Origin: Acidobacteriota bacterium
GTDB lineage: Bacteria > Acidobacteriota > Vicinamibacteria > Vicinamibacterales > UBA2999
Reading direction: 5' to 3'
DNA: 64,000 nt
Assembly: GCA_016213695.1 (NCBI GenBank)
Contig: JACQZV010000002.1
Location: 770-64,769, forward strand
Part shown: in pieces, positions 20,781 to 33,210 of the stretch
Numbering within the stretch: the first letter of the stretch is position 1
Layout: each line of letters opens with the position of its first letter
Position numbers and translations under genes: made by a program
The notes under the pieces: generated by a model
Databases searched by the model: none
Seen by the model: the letters and a program-made list of their open reading frames with translations, nothing else
Told to the model about the DNA's origin: nothing

Positions 20781-23096
20781 ATGAAGACTCGTTGCCTGGG
20801 GGTGGCGCACCTCCCCCTCACTCTCGCGCTGCTGTGTGTCTCCGGAACGGCGTCGGCCCGGCAGCCGGCGCCCGCCGCCGGGCAGGCATCCGCGCCGGCG
20901 CAGCAGAACGCCCAGGGCAACCAGGGGTCGCCTGACAACGCCCGGCGCCGGATGGCGGCGCTCCGCCTGGCCGACGGCGAGGCCATGACGCTGGACGGCC
21001 GGCTCGATGAGCCCTTCTGGTCGCGGGCCGTTCCCGCCAAGGATTTCATCCAGCGCGACCCGCAGAACGGGCGGCCCGCCACCGAGCCGACCGAGGTCCG
21101 GATCGCCTACGACCGCGAGTCGCTGTACCTCGGCGTCACCTGCTTCGACTCCGAGCCCGACAAGTGGCTGGGGTACCAGCGGCGGCGCGACGAGAACGCC
21201 AACTCGGACGACGAATTCAGCTGGACCATCGACACGTTTCTCGACGGCCGCACCGGCTACTTCTTCCAGATGAACCCGTCGGGGCTGATGTACGACTCGT
21301 TCATGGGCGTCAACAGCGACAACCGCGAGTGGGATGGCATCTGGAACGCGCGGGCACGCCGCAGCGAGATCGGCTGGACGCTCGAGATTGAGATTCCGTT
21401 CCGCACGCTGAACTTCAACCCGAACAGCGACAGCTGGGGCATCAACTTCCAGCGGACGGTCCGGCGCAAGAACGAAGAGAGCCTCTGGATGGGCTGGGCG
21501 CGCAATCAGGGCGTCCGGCGGATGAGCAACGCCGGCCAGCTCACCGGCATCCGGGACGTCAGCCAGGGACACGGGCTCGACATCAAGCCGTACGGCCTGG
21601 CGACCTCGCAGGCGTCGCCCGGACGGGGCCGGCCGGCCATGCAGGGCGACGCGACCGCCGGCCTCGATATCTTCTACAACCCCTCGCCGCTGCTGCGCAG
21701 CGTCTTCACCGTCAACACCGACTTCGCGCAGACCGAGGTCGATCAGCGGCAGGTCAATCTCACCCGCTATTCGCTCTTCTTTCCCGAGCGGCGCGACTTC
21801 TTCCTCGACGGCGCGACGTTTCTGGACTTCGGCAGCGACGTCCAGCGCCGCGGCCAGGGCGGGTTCTTCTTCGGCCAGGGCAGCGACACCAGCGATGACC
21901 AGGTGATCCCGTTCTTCAGCCGGCGGATCGGCCTGAGCGCCGACGCCACGCCGCAGAAGATCGACTTCGGGACCAAGGTCACGGGCCAGGTGGGCGCGCA
22001 GGACGTGGGCCTCCTGCACGTGCGGACCGGCGACGACAACGGCTACACCAGCGAAGACTTCACGGTCGCCCGGGTCAAGCGCCGCGTGCTGGCGCAGTCC
22101 TACATCGGCGGGCTGTACACCCGGCGCGATCCGCGTGTGGCCGGAGCCGGGGCGCAGCACACGTCGGGTGTGGATTTCTCGCTCGCCACGACGAAATTCA
22201 GGGGTTCGCAGAACCTGGAGCTGCTCGGGTGGTTCCTGCACACGGCGCAGCCGGGCGCCTCCGGCGGCAACTCGGCGTTCGGCGCGGTACTCGACTACCC
22301 GAACGACCGCTGGGTCGCCAAGCTCGAAACGACCGAGGTGCAGGAGCAGTTCAATCCGTCGGTGGGTTTCGTCCGCCGGCTGAACTACCGCCGCTACGCG
22401 CCGCAGATCGGGTTTCAGCCGCGGCCCAGGAACAACTCATTCGTACGGCAGTACCGCTTCGGCATCACCGTCGACACGATGACCGATCTCCACAACGAGC
22501 TGCTCTCGCGCGACATCAACCTCTCGCTCTTCGGCCTCAACACCCAGCAGCAGGAAAACCTTTTCGTCAGCGCCATTCGCCGCCGCGAACGCCTCGACGC
22601 CCCGTTCGCCATCAGCAAGACCATCACGCTGCCGATGGGTGCGATCTACGAGACGACGCGGTTCCGCGTCCAGGGCCAGACCGCCAACCGGCGGCCCGTC
22701 GCGCTGTTCGCCAGGGTCGAAACGGGCGACTTTTATTCCGGCACGCGCGTCGAACGACAGGCCAATCTGTCGATCCGGCTCCGCCCCGGGTTCTTCATCT
22801 TCCTCAACGGCCAGTGGAACAACATCCAGCTCGCCGAGGGACGCTTCACGACGCGGCTCTTCCGCCTCGTGGGCGAAACGCAGTTCAGCCCGTTCATCTC
22901 GCTCGTCAACAACATCCAGTACGACTCGCAGAGCGCCGTGCTCGGGTGGCAGTCGCGCTTCCGCTGGATCCTCACGCCCGGCAACGACCTGTACGTCGTG
23001 TACACGCACAACTGGCTGGACGACCCGCTCCTCAACCGTCTGACGACGCTCGACACCCGCGCCGCGTCGAAGATTCTGTACACGTATCGTTTCTGA
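20781..23096 (+). CDS. outer-membrane protein paralog 3
   Basis: 771 aa with signal peptide LTLALLCVSGTASA. Same conserved blocks and C-terminal YTYRF. Confidence 0.8.
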   Translation: MKTRCLGVAHLPLTLALLCVSGTASARQPAPAAGQASAPAQQNAQGNQGSPDNARRRMAALRLADGEAMTLDGRLDEPFWSRAVPAKDFIQRDPQNGRPATEPTEVRIAYDRESLYLGVTCFDSEPDKWLGYQRRRDENANSDDEFSWTIDTFLDGRTGYFFQMNPSGLMYDSFMGVNSDNREWDGIWNARARRSEIGWTLEIEIPFRTLNFNPNSDSWGINFQRTVRRKNEESLWMGWARNQGVRRMSNAGQLTGIRDVSQGHGLDIKPYGLATSQASPGRGRPAMQGDATAGLDIFYNPSPLLRSVFTVNTDFAQTEVDQRQVNLTRYSLFFPERRDFFLDGATFLDFGSDVQRRGQGGFFFGQGSDTSDDQVIPFFSRRIGLSADATPQKIDFGTKVTGQVGAQDVGLLHVRTGDDNGYTSEDFTVARVKRRVLAQSYIGGLYTRRDPRVAGAGAQHTSGVDFSLATTKFRGSQNLELLGWFLHTAQPGASGGNSAFGAVLDYPNDRWVAKLETTEVQEQFNPSVGFVRRLNYRRYAPQIGFQPRPRNNSFVRQYRFGITVDTMTDLHNELLSRDINLSLFGLNTQQQENLFVSAIRRRERLDAPFAISKTITLPMGAIYETTRFRVQGQTANRRPVALFARVETGDFYSGTRVERQANLSIRLRPGFFIFLNGQWNNIQLAEGRFTTRLFRLVGETQFSPFISLVNNIQYDSQSAVLGWQSRFRWILTPGNDLYVVYTHNWLDDPLLNRLTTLDTRAASKILYTYRF

Positions 23097-23102
23097 CGGC
23101 CG

Positions 23103-25400
23103 ATGATCAGACTGCACTCGGGAGCGCGACGGCTCCCTTTAACGGTGACCCTCCTCTGCGCCTGGGCCTCGCTCGCCTCGGCCCAGCAGCCCGTGTCGGG
23201 CGCGCAGCCGGTGCCCGCCGCGCTGCAGCAGAACGGCCAGGCGACACAGGCCTCCGCGAGCGGCGAGCGGCGCCGCGTGCAGGCCGTCCGCCTCGGCGAC
23301 GGCGATGCGATCGCGCTCGACGGCCGGCTCGACGAACCGGTCTGGACCCGTGCGGTGCCCGCAAGCGACTTCATCCAGATCGACCCCGACAACGGCCAGC
23401 CCGCCACCGAGAAGACCGAGGTGCGCATCGCCTTCAACGCCGACGCGCTCTACATCGGCGTCACCTGCTACGACTCGGACCCGAACGGCTCGATTGCGTA
23501 CCAGCGCCGCCGCGACGAAGGGCTTCCCTCCGACGACAAGATTCGGTGGACGATCGACACCTTCCTCGACGCCCGCAGCGGCTACTTCTTCGAGATGAAC
23601 CCGCTCGGCGCGATGTCGGACGCGCTGATGGGCACCAACGGGCAGAACCGGGCGTGGGACGGCATCTGGAACGCCCGGGCGCGCCGCAGCGAGATCGGCT
23701 GGACGCTCGAAATCGAGCTCCCGTTCCGGACCTTCAACTTCAACCCGAACAGCGACACGTGGGGCATCAATTTCGAGCGCACCATCCAGCGCAAGAACGA
23801 AACGAGCATCTGGAGCGGCTGGGCGCGCAACCAGGGGCTTCAGCGGATGACCAACGCCGGCCTCGTCACCGGCATCGAGGGCGCCACGCAGGGACACGGC
23901 CTCGACATCAAGCCGTACGGGGCCTACATCGCCCAGGCGTCGCCCGGCCGGAGCAGCCCCGGGATGACCGGCGACGCGAGCGCCGGCGTCGACTTCTTCT
24001 ACAACCCGACGCCGCTCCTGCGCGCCAATTTCACCGTCAATACCGACTTCGCGCAGACCGAGGTCGATCAGCGCCAGGTCAACCTCACGCGCTATTCGCT
24101 GTTCTTCCCCGAGCAGCGCGATTTCTTCCTGGACGGCGCCACGTTCCTCGATTTCGCCAGCGACCCCAGCCGCAACAACTTCGACCGCAACAATACCGAC
24201 GATCAGGTCATTCCCTTCTTCAGCCGGCGTATCGGCCTGAGCGCCGGCGCGACACCGCAGCGGATCGATTTCGGCACCAAGGTCACCGGGCAGCTGGGCG
24301 CGCAGGACGTCGGCCTCCTCCACGTGCGCACCGGCGAGGACGAGGGGTTCACGAGCGAGGACTTCGTCGTCGCCCGCGTCAAGCGGCGCGTCATGATGCA
24401 GTCGTCCATCGGGGCCCTGTACACCCGCCGCGATCCGGTCGCCGCCGGCACCGGCACGCGCCACACCGCGGGACTCGACATGTCCCTGGCCACCTCGACA
24501 TTTCGCGGCAATCAGAACCTCGAGGTCAAGGCGTGGTTCCTGCACGCGGCGCGGCCCGGCGTGTCGACCGGCAACTCCGCGTTCGGCGGCAGCCTCGAGT
24601 ACCCGAACGATCGCTGGAATCTGCGGTTCGAGACGACGGAGGTTCAGGCGAACTTCGACCCGGCGGTCGGATTTCTGCGCCGCCAGAACTACCGGCGCTA
24701 CGCGCCGTGGCTTCGATTCCGGCCGCGGCCGCGCAACAACCCGTATATCCGGCAGTTCTGGTTCGACGGCACCATCGACACGATGACGGATCTGCGGAAC
24801 CAGCTGCTGAACCGCGACCTGGAGTTTACGCTGTTCGGCATGCAGTTCCAGTCGGGCGACTTCTTCGCCATCACTGCCACCGACCGCCGCGAGCGGCTCG
24901 ACGCGCCGTTTGCGATCAGCCGCACCATCATGCTGCCGCGTGGGGCCACCTACGACTACTCGCGGTTCCGCATCAATGGACGGACGGCGGAGCGGCGCAT
25001 GCTCTCGATCAACGGACGGGTCGAGACCGGCGAGTTCTACTCCGGCACGCGCACGCAGCGGCAGATGAACCTCAACGTCCGCATGCGGCCGGGACTCATC
25101 ATGTACCTCACGGGGGAATGGAACAGCGTCCGGCTGGCCGAGGGTCGCTTCGCCACGCGGCTCTACCGCCTGGTCGGCGAAACGCAGCTCAATCCCTTCG
25201 TATCGCTCGTCAACGACGTGCAGTACGACACCCAGAGCGCGGTGCTCGGCTGGCAGTCGCGCTTCCGGTGGATTCTCACCCCCGGCAACGACCTGTACGT
25301 GGTGTACACGCACAACTGGCTGGACGACCCGCTGCTCAACCGGTTTGCGACGCTCGACCGGCGCGCCGCGTCGAAGATTCTCTACACCTACCGGTTCTGA
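23103..25400 (+). CDS. outer-membrane protein paralog 4
   Basis: 765 aa with signal peptide LTVTLLCAWASLASAQ. Same conserved blocks and C-terminal YTYRF. It starts 6 nt after the paralog 3 stop. Confidence 0.8.
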   Translation: MIRLHSGARRLPLTVTLLCAWASLASAQQPVSGAQPVPAALQQNGQATQASASGERRRVQAVRLGDGDAIALDGRLDEPVWTRAVPASDFIQIDPDNGQPATEKTEVRIAFNADALYIGVTCYDSDPNGSIAYQRRRDEGLPSDDKIRWTIDTFLDARSGYFFEMNPLGAMSDALMGTNGQNRAWDGIWNARARRSEIGWTLEIELPFRTFNFNPNSDTWGINFERTIQRKNETSIWSGWARNQGLQRMTNAGLVTGIEGATQGHGLDIKPYGAYIAQASPGRSSPGMTGDASAGVDFFYNPTPLLRANFTVNTDFAQTEVDQRQVNLTRYSLFFPEQRDFFLDGATFLDFASDPSRNNFDRNNTDDQVIPFFSRRIGLSAGATPQRIDFGTKVTGQLGAQDVGLLHVRTGEDEGFTSEDFVVARVKRRVMMQSSIGALYTRRDPVAAGTGTRHTAGLDMSLATSTFRGNQNLEVKAWFLHAARPGVSTGNSAFGGSLEYPNDRWNLRFETTEVQANFDPAVGFLRRQNYRRYAPWLRFRPRPRNNPYIRQFWFDGTIDTMTDLRNQLLNRDLEFTLFGMQFQSGDFFAITATDRRERLDAPFAISRTIMLPRGATYDYSRFRINGRTAERRMLSINGRVETGEFYSGTRTQRQMNLNVRMRPGLIMYLTGEWNSVRLAEGRFATRLYRLVGETQLNPFVSLVNDVQYDTQSAVLGWQSRFRWILTPGNDLYVVYTHNWLDDPLLNRFATLDRRAASKILYTYRF

Positions 25401-25411
25401 TCCGCCCACGG

Positions 25412-25476
25412 GCCACGGAGACACAGAGACACGGAGAACCTTTGATCACCACTCCGTGACTCCGTGTCCCCGTGGC
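25412..25476 (+). terminator. 25-bp imperfect hairpin built from ACACNGAG octamer repeats (operon-end stem-loop, no U-tract)
   Basis: GCCACGGAGACACAGAGACACGGAG pairs with CTCCGTGACTCCGTGTCCCCGTGGC (22 of 25 complementary). The loop is 15 nt. It starts 12 nt after the paralog 4 stop. Confidence 0.5.
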
Positions 25477-25538
25477 TTGTGAACTCAGTACGTAGGGCGC
25501 GTCCGCGCAGAGAACGCGCCGGCGGACCCGCCGGGCCG

Positions 25539-25895
25539 TCAATGAACCATACTCGCCGGGCGCTGCGCATCCATCACGCGGGCGATCGCCGAGGTCAACT
25601 CCCCCTCCGGCACATCGAAGGGGCCGCCGACCACGGCCCCGAGCGTCATCTCGATCGCAATCACGACTCCGCCGCCCTCGAACGGGCTGACGATCCAGCT
25701 GAACCCCCTCAGGGCGATCGGACGATCCGGCGGCGCGTCGGGATGTCTGGCGCGGTCCAGAGCGCGAAGCATGCTCTGGAGCACCGCCGCCACGTCGGCG
25801 TCGGTCCACCCCCGCGGCTCCCGCGACACCGGCGCAATCACCTCGCTCGTCGCGTGATTGTCGCCGCGCAGCCAGATCTCGACTGGAAACTGCAT
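25539..25895 (-). CDS. hypothetical protein (118 aa)
   Basis: ATG start and GC3-rich coding appearance. It lies co-directionally downstream of the thioredoxin-domain gene. I recognised no motif. Confidence 0.5.
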   Translation of the reverse strand: MQFPVEIWLRGDNHATSEVIAPVSREPRGWTDADVAAVLQSMLRALDRARHPDAPPDRPIALRGFSWIVSPFEGGGVVIAIEMTLGAVVGGPFDVPEGELTSAIARVMDAQRPASMVH

Positions 25896-25939
25896 TCACA
25901 AATAGGCTACTTCAGGAATCAGGCCCCAGGGCGCAGGCT

Positions 25940-28066
<2,127 letters not shown>

Positions 28067-28096
28067 ATAGGCGTTGGCCCGAATCCTGAGGCCCAG

Positions 28097-28915
28097 TCAG
28101 TTGTGTGGCATCGGCTTCGGCGGGGGCATCCGCAGCAACCGCGCCTTTACGGCCTGGAACTGCGGCGTGTCGCGCGTGCCGCCCCTCTGCCGCGCCACCT
28201 CGTCCCGGAGACGCTCGATGCGATCTTGCGGCGACGGGTGGCTGGAGAAGAACGTCTCGACGCTGCCCGGGTTGCGCGCCTGCTCGCGCTGCAGGATCTC
28301 GAACAGCTCCACCATGCCGCGCGCGTCCCACCCGGCGCGCCGCATGAGCTGCAGGCCCACCCGATCGGCTTCCCGCTCGTCGTCGCGGCTGAACTTGAGA
28401 AAGATCCCGTTGGTCAGCAGGCCGGCGGCCGCCTGCGCGGTGCCCGCGCCGCCCCCGTTGCCGAGCACGGCGCCGAGCAGGCCGAGCCCGAGGTTGGCCA
28501 CAAGCCCCTTGGTGAGCTGGCTGGCCGCATGGCGTTGTGCGATGTGCGCCACCTCGTGCGCCAGCACGCCTGCCACCTGCGACTCGGTGGTGGCGGCATG
28601 CAGGACGCCGCGATTGATCCAGACGGGGCCGCCCGGGAGCGCGAACGCGTTGATGTCGCGGTAGTCGGCCAGGGCGAAGCTGTAGGGGTAGGCCGGGCCG
28701 GCGGCCTGCCGCGCCATCCGACCGCCCATCGCCCGAACGTAGGCGGTCGCCTGCGCGTCGCGCACTTCGGGCGTCTCCTTGCGCACCTGCGCGTTCGCCT
28801 CGCGGCCGATCTCGATCTCCTGCTCGACAGAGACGAGCGAGAACTGCGCGGCCCCCGTCGCTGCCGACAGCCACGCCGCCGCAATCGCGACTGCAAGTCG
28901 AAGCAGCCGCGTCAT
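28097..28915 (-). CDS. M48 family metalloprotease, secreted
   Basis: Signal peptide is LAVAIAAAWLSAATGAAQ. Contains HEVAHIAQRH (HExxH). The start ATG overlaps the upstream stop by 4 nt. Confidence 0.8.
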   Translation of the reverse strand: MTRLLRLAVAIAAAWLSAATGAAQFSLVSVEQEIEIGREANAQVRKETPEVRDAQATAYVRAMGGRMARQAAGPAYPYSFALADYRDINAFALPGGPVWINRGVLHAATTESQVAGVLAHEVAHIAQRHAASQLTKGLVANLGLGLLGAVLGNGGGAGTAQAAAGLLTNGIFLKFSRDDEREADRVGLQLMRRAGWDARGMVELFEILQREQARNPGSVETFFSSHPSPQDRIERLRDEVARQRGGTRDTPQFQAVKARLLRMPPPKPMPHN

Positions 28916-29799
28916 GTGCGGGGCGCCGGAGCCGCGGGCATGTCGTCGGGCCGCCGCCGCCGCAGGCGCGCGTAGGCGGCGGTGAACTCCACGCCGTACA
29001 TCAGGATGACCGAGGACACGTAGATCCACAGCAAGAATACGACCACGGCCGTAATCGATCCATGGATCAGCGTCAGCCGGCCGCTGCGGCCGATGTACCA
29101 GGAGAAACCGCTCCACGCCCCGCGCCACAGGATGCCGGTGAGCACGGCGCCCACCCAGACGTCTCGAAACCGCGTCTTGGCGTTCGGGATGAAGTAGTAC
29201 AGCAGCCCGACGGCAACAATGGGGACGCCGGTGGCCGCGTACGTGAACGTCAGTGTCTGCAGCGCCCGCAGCCACTCGAACCGCGCCAGCATCACACCGA
29301 ACCACGATGCCTCGGCCACGTCGACGGCGCTCACCAGGAGGAGCCCGAGAATCATCATGCCGCCGCTGGCGACCAGCATCAGGAACGACACGAGCCGGTG
29401 CTTGAGAAAGCTGCGCTGCTTCTCGACGCCCCACGCCTCGTTGACGGCGCTCGTGATCGCGCCGAACACGCCGAGCGACGCCCAGATGAGCGCCAGACCG
29501 CCGGCCACGCCGACCTGCACGCTCGATTCACGGAACGCATCGAGCTGCGTGGTGACGAAATCGAACTGCGTCGGGAAGTAGCGGAGCACGAAGGCAAGCA
29601 CGGCCTGGCGGTCGCCCTCGTCGGCGGTGACCGAGCCCAGGATCGAGATGACGAGCAGCAGGAACGGGAAGAGCGACAGGAGCGCGTAGTAGGCAATCGA
29701 GGCCGCGTGCGTCAGGTCGTTGCCGTTCACCAGCCGCACCAGTCCCCGCCAGGCGGCCAGGCACGACACGCGAACCTCGGCGCGCAGGCGGACCGCCAT
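28912..29799 (-). CDS. YihY/BrkB family inner-membrane protein
   Basis: Contains HAASIAYYALLSLFPFLLLV and several predicted TM helices. I chose the start at 29799, just downstream of the preceding gene. Confidence 0.8.
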   Translation of the reverse strand: MAVRLRAEVRVSCLAAWRGLVRLVNGNDLTHAASIAYYALLSLFPFLLLVISILGSVTADEGDRQAVLAFVLRYFPTQFDFVTTQLDAFRESSVQVGVAGGLALIWASLGVFGAITSAVNEAWGVEKQRSFLKHRLVSFLMLVASGGMMILGLLLVSAVDVAEASWFGVMLARFEWLRALQTLTFTYAATGVPIVAVGLLYYFIPNAKTRFRDVWVGAVLTGILWRGAWSGFSWYIGRSGRLTLIHGSITAVVVFLLWIYVSSVILMYGVEFTAAYARLRRRRPDDMPAAPAPRT

Positions 29800-29809
29800 C
29801 GGGACGGGC

Positions 29810-31213
29810 TCAGCGGCGCTGCTTGGCACGCTGATCCTGGATCTCATGCTTCTTGATCTTGCTGTAGAGCGTCGGACGGTAGAGCCCGAGGATCTGCGCG
29901 GCCTCCTGCTTGTTCCAATTCGTTCGCTGGAGCGTCTGGACGATGGCCATCTTCTCGATTTCGGCGAGCGTGCAGTTCGGCGGAATCGTGAACGCCTGCG
30001 AAGGCGCCCCGTCATCGCGGATCGCGTCCGGCAGGTCGACCGGCTGAATCTCGCCTGTCTTGGACACCAGCACGGCCCGCTCGATGGCATTCTCGAGCTC
30101 GCGGACGTTGCCCGGCCACGGATTCCGGATGAGCAGGTGGTACGCCGCCGGCGAAATCGATCGGACGTGCTTCTGGTAGCGCTCGTTGAACCGCGCAAGG
30201 AACTGATTGCAGAGCAGCGGAATGTCCTCGGTGCGCTCGCGCAGCGGCGGCACGCGAAGCGTTATCGTGTTGATCCGGAAGTACAGGTCCTCGCGGAGCG
30301 TACCCTCGCCGAGCGCCGTCTCGAGATCGACGTTCGTGGCGCAGATCAGCCGGAAGTCCACCCGCACGAGCCGATCGCTGCCGATCGGCCGGTACTCGCG
30401 CTCCTGCAGCACCCGGAGCAGCTTCGTCTGCAGGTACGGCGGCATCTGGCCGATTTCATCCAGCAGGAGCGAGCCTCCCTCCGCCATCTCGAACAGGCCG
30501 ACCTTGTCGGCGCCGGCGCCGGTGAACGCGCCCTTCCGGTAGCCGAACAGCTCGCTCTCGATGAGATCCTTCGGGATCGCCGCGCAGTTGATCTTGATGA
30601 ACGGCCCTCGGACGCGGTTCGAGTTGTGGTGAATCGCGTTGGCGATGAGCTCCTTGCCGGCGCCGCTTTCCCCCTGAATGAGGATGTTGGCGTCGCTGGC
30701 CGCCACGCGCTCGACCAGCTCGAACAGCTCCCTCATCTTCTTGCTCTGTCCGACGACGTTCGCCAGGCTGTACTGGCCGCGGATCCGCTCCTTGAGCTGC
30801 GTGTGTTCGGCCCTGGCCTGCGTCTGCTCGATCGCGCGGCGGATGAGATCCGTCAGCCCGTCCCGGCTGACCGGCTTCTCGAGGAAGAAGAACGCGCCCG
30901 CCTGCCCCGCCTCGACCGCCCGGGCCAGCGTCCCCTGGCCGCCGATGATGATGACCTCAGGACCTTCGTCGATGGCTTTCAGCCGGCGCAGCAGCGCGAC
31001 GCCGTCGCCGTCCGGGAGCATCAGATCGGTGAGGACCACATCGGGACGCCACTGCTTGAAGATTTCCTCGCCACGCGTGCCGATGAGCGCGGTGCGGACC
31101 TCGTAGCCGTCCGCCTCGAGGACCATCGTCAGCCACTCGGTCATGGCCGGCTCGTCGTCAATGGCGAGCACGCGGCGGCGGCGCTTGAGCGTGGACGAGG
31201 ACGCACTCGGCAT
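29810..31213 (-). CDS. NtrC-family sigma-54-dependent response regulator (REC-AAA+-HTH)
   Basis: The REC domain has VLAIDDE...VVLTDLMLPDGDG. The AAA+ domain has GESGAGKELIANAIH and GYRKGAFTGA. The C-terminal HTH is WNKQEAAQILGLYRPTLYSKI. An alternative TTG start lies at 31261. Confidence 0.85.
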   Translation of the reverse strand: MPSASSSTLKRRRRVLAIDDEPAMTEWLTMVLEADGYEVRTALIGTRGEEIFKQWRPDVVLTDLMLPDGDGVALLRRLKAIDEGPEVIIIGGQGTLARAVEAGQAGAFFFLEKPVSRDGLTDLIRRAIEQTQARAEHTQLKERIRGQYSLANVVGQSKKMRELFELVERVAASDANILIQGESGAGKELIANAIHHNSNRVRGPFIKINCAAIPKDLIESELFGYRKGAFTGAGADKVGLFEMAEGGSLLLDEIGQMPPYLQTKLLRVLQEREYRPIGSDRLVRVDFRLICATNVDLETALGEGTLREDLYFRINTITLRVPPLRERTEDIPLLCNQFLARFNERYQKHVRSISPAAYHLLIRNPWPGNVRELENAIERAVLVSKTGEIQPVDLPDAIRDDGAPSQAFTIPPNCTLAEIEKMAIVQTLQRTNWNKQEAAQILGLYRPTLYSKIKKHEIQDQRAKQRR

Positions 31214-31278
31214 GGGGCTGCCTGCAGGGATGGCGGCTCTTACAAACCTGTTTCCAATCAATGCGCCGCGCGGTCAAT

Positions 31279-31316
31279 TGTCGTGAAACACGACAGTCTG
31301 TACATAATACATACAG
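31279..31316. promoter_or_regulatory. two adjacent TGT-N11-ACA dyads (TGTCGTGAAACACGACA and TGTACATAATACATACA), candidate activator-binding sites
   Basis: Read directly from the divergent intergenic region between the response-regulator gene and the carboxylase operon. The first dyad has perfect 7-bp arms. Confidence 0.3.
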
Positions 31317-31341
31317 GTGCGGTTTGTCGTCGATTCGGTCC

Positions 31342-31347
31342 TATAAT
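31342..31347 (+). promoter_or_regulatory. consensus -10 box TATAAT 6 nt upstream of ATG 31354 (leaderless-type arrangement)
   Basis: The sequence reads CCTATAATCCGGCCATG, with no Shine-Dalgarno. The -35 is weak. Confidence 0.35.
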
Positions 31348-31353
31348 CCGGCC

Positions 31354-31536
31354 ATGTCCGACGCGAAGGCTCCCGTCCCTTCAGCGCCGCCCTCCTCCGC
31401 GCCGCGGCCGGTGGCCGAGGGGTGCCGCGACGAGGCGATGATCTGCGAGCGATGCGGCAAGGCGGAGATGTACCGGATGCATGCCGTGTGGCGCTGCCCC
31501 GAGTGCGGCTTCAAGACGGACTGCTGCGGATGGTGA
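31354..31536 (+). CDS. small zinc-ribbon protein (60 aa)
   Basis: Two CxxC pairs (CERCG...CPECG) plus a terminal CCGW. It lies immediately upstream of the carboxyltransferase gene. Confidence 0.5.
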   Translation: MSDAKAPVPSAPPSSAPRPVAEGCRDEAMICERCGKAEMYRMHAVWRCPECGFKTDCCGW

Positions 31537-31551
31537 ACGTTCCACGCGTTC

Positions 31552-33157
<1,606 letters not shown>

Positions 33158-33159
<2 letters not shown>

Positions 33160-33199
33160 CCACGAAGACCACGAAGGGACCTTCGTGAGCTTCGTGGTT
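33158..33199 (+). repeat. intercistronic hairpin built from (A)CCACGAAG repeats
   Basis: AACCACGAAGACCACGAAGG pairs with CCTTCGTGAGCTTCGTGGTT (18 of 20 complementary). It overlaps the TAA stop of the upstream gene. The same word recurs at 50281-50320. Confidence 0.55.
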
Positions 33200-33210
33200 C
33201 CGGTGCGTTC

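Noticed and set aside
31236-31256. Minus-strand TGGAAACAGGTTTGTA upstream of the response-regulator gene as a sigma-54 promoter
   Set aside because: The spacing is right, but the invariant GC of the -12 element is GT and the -24 region is TGGAAA. That is too weak to call without a scoring matrix.
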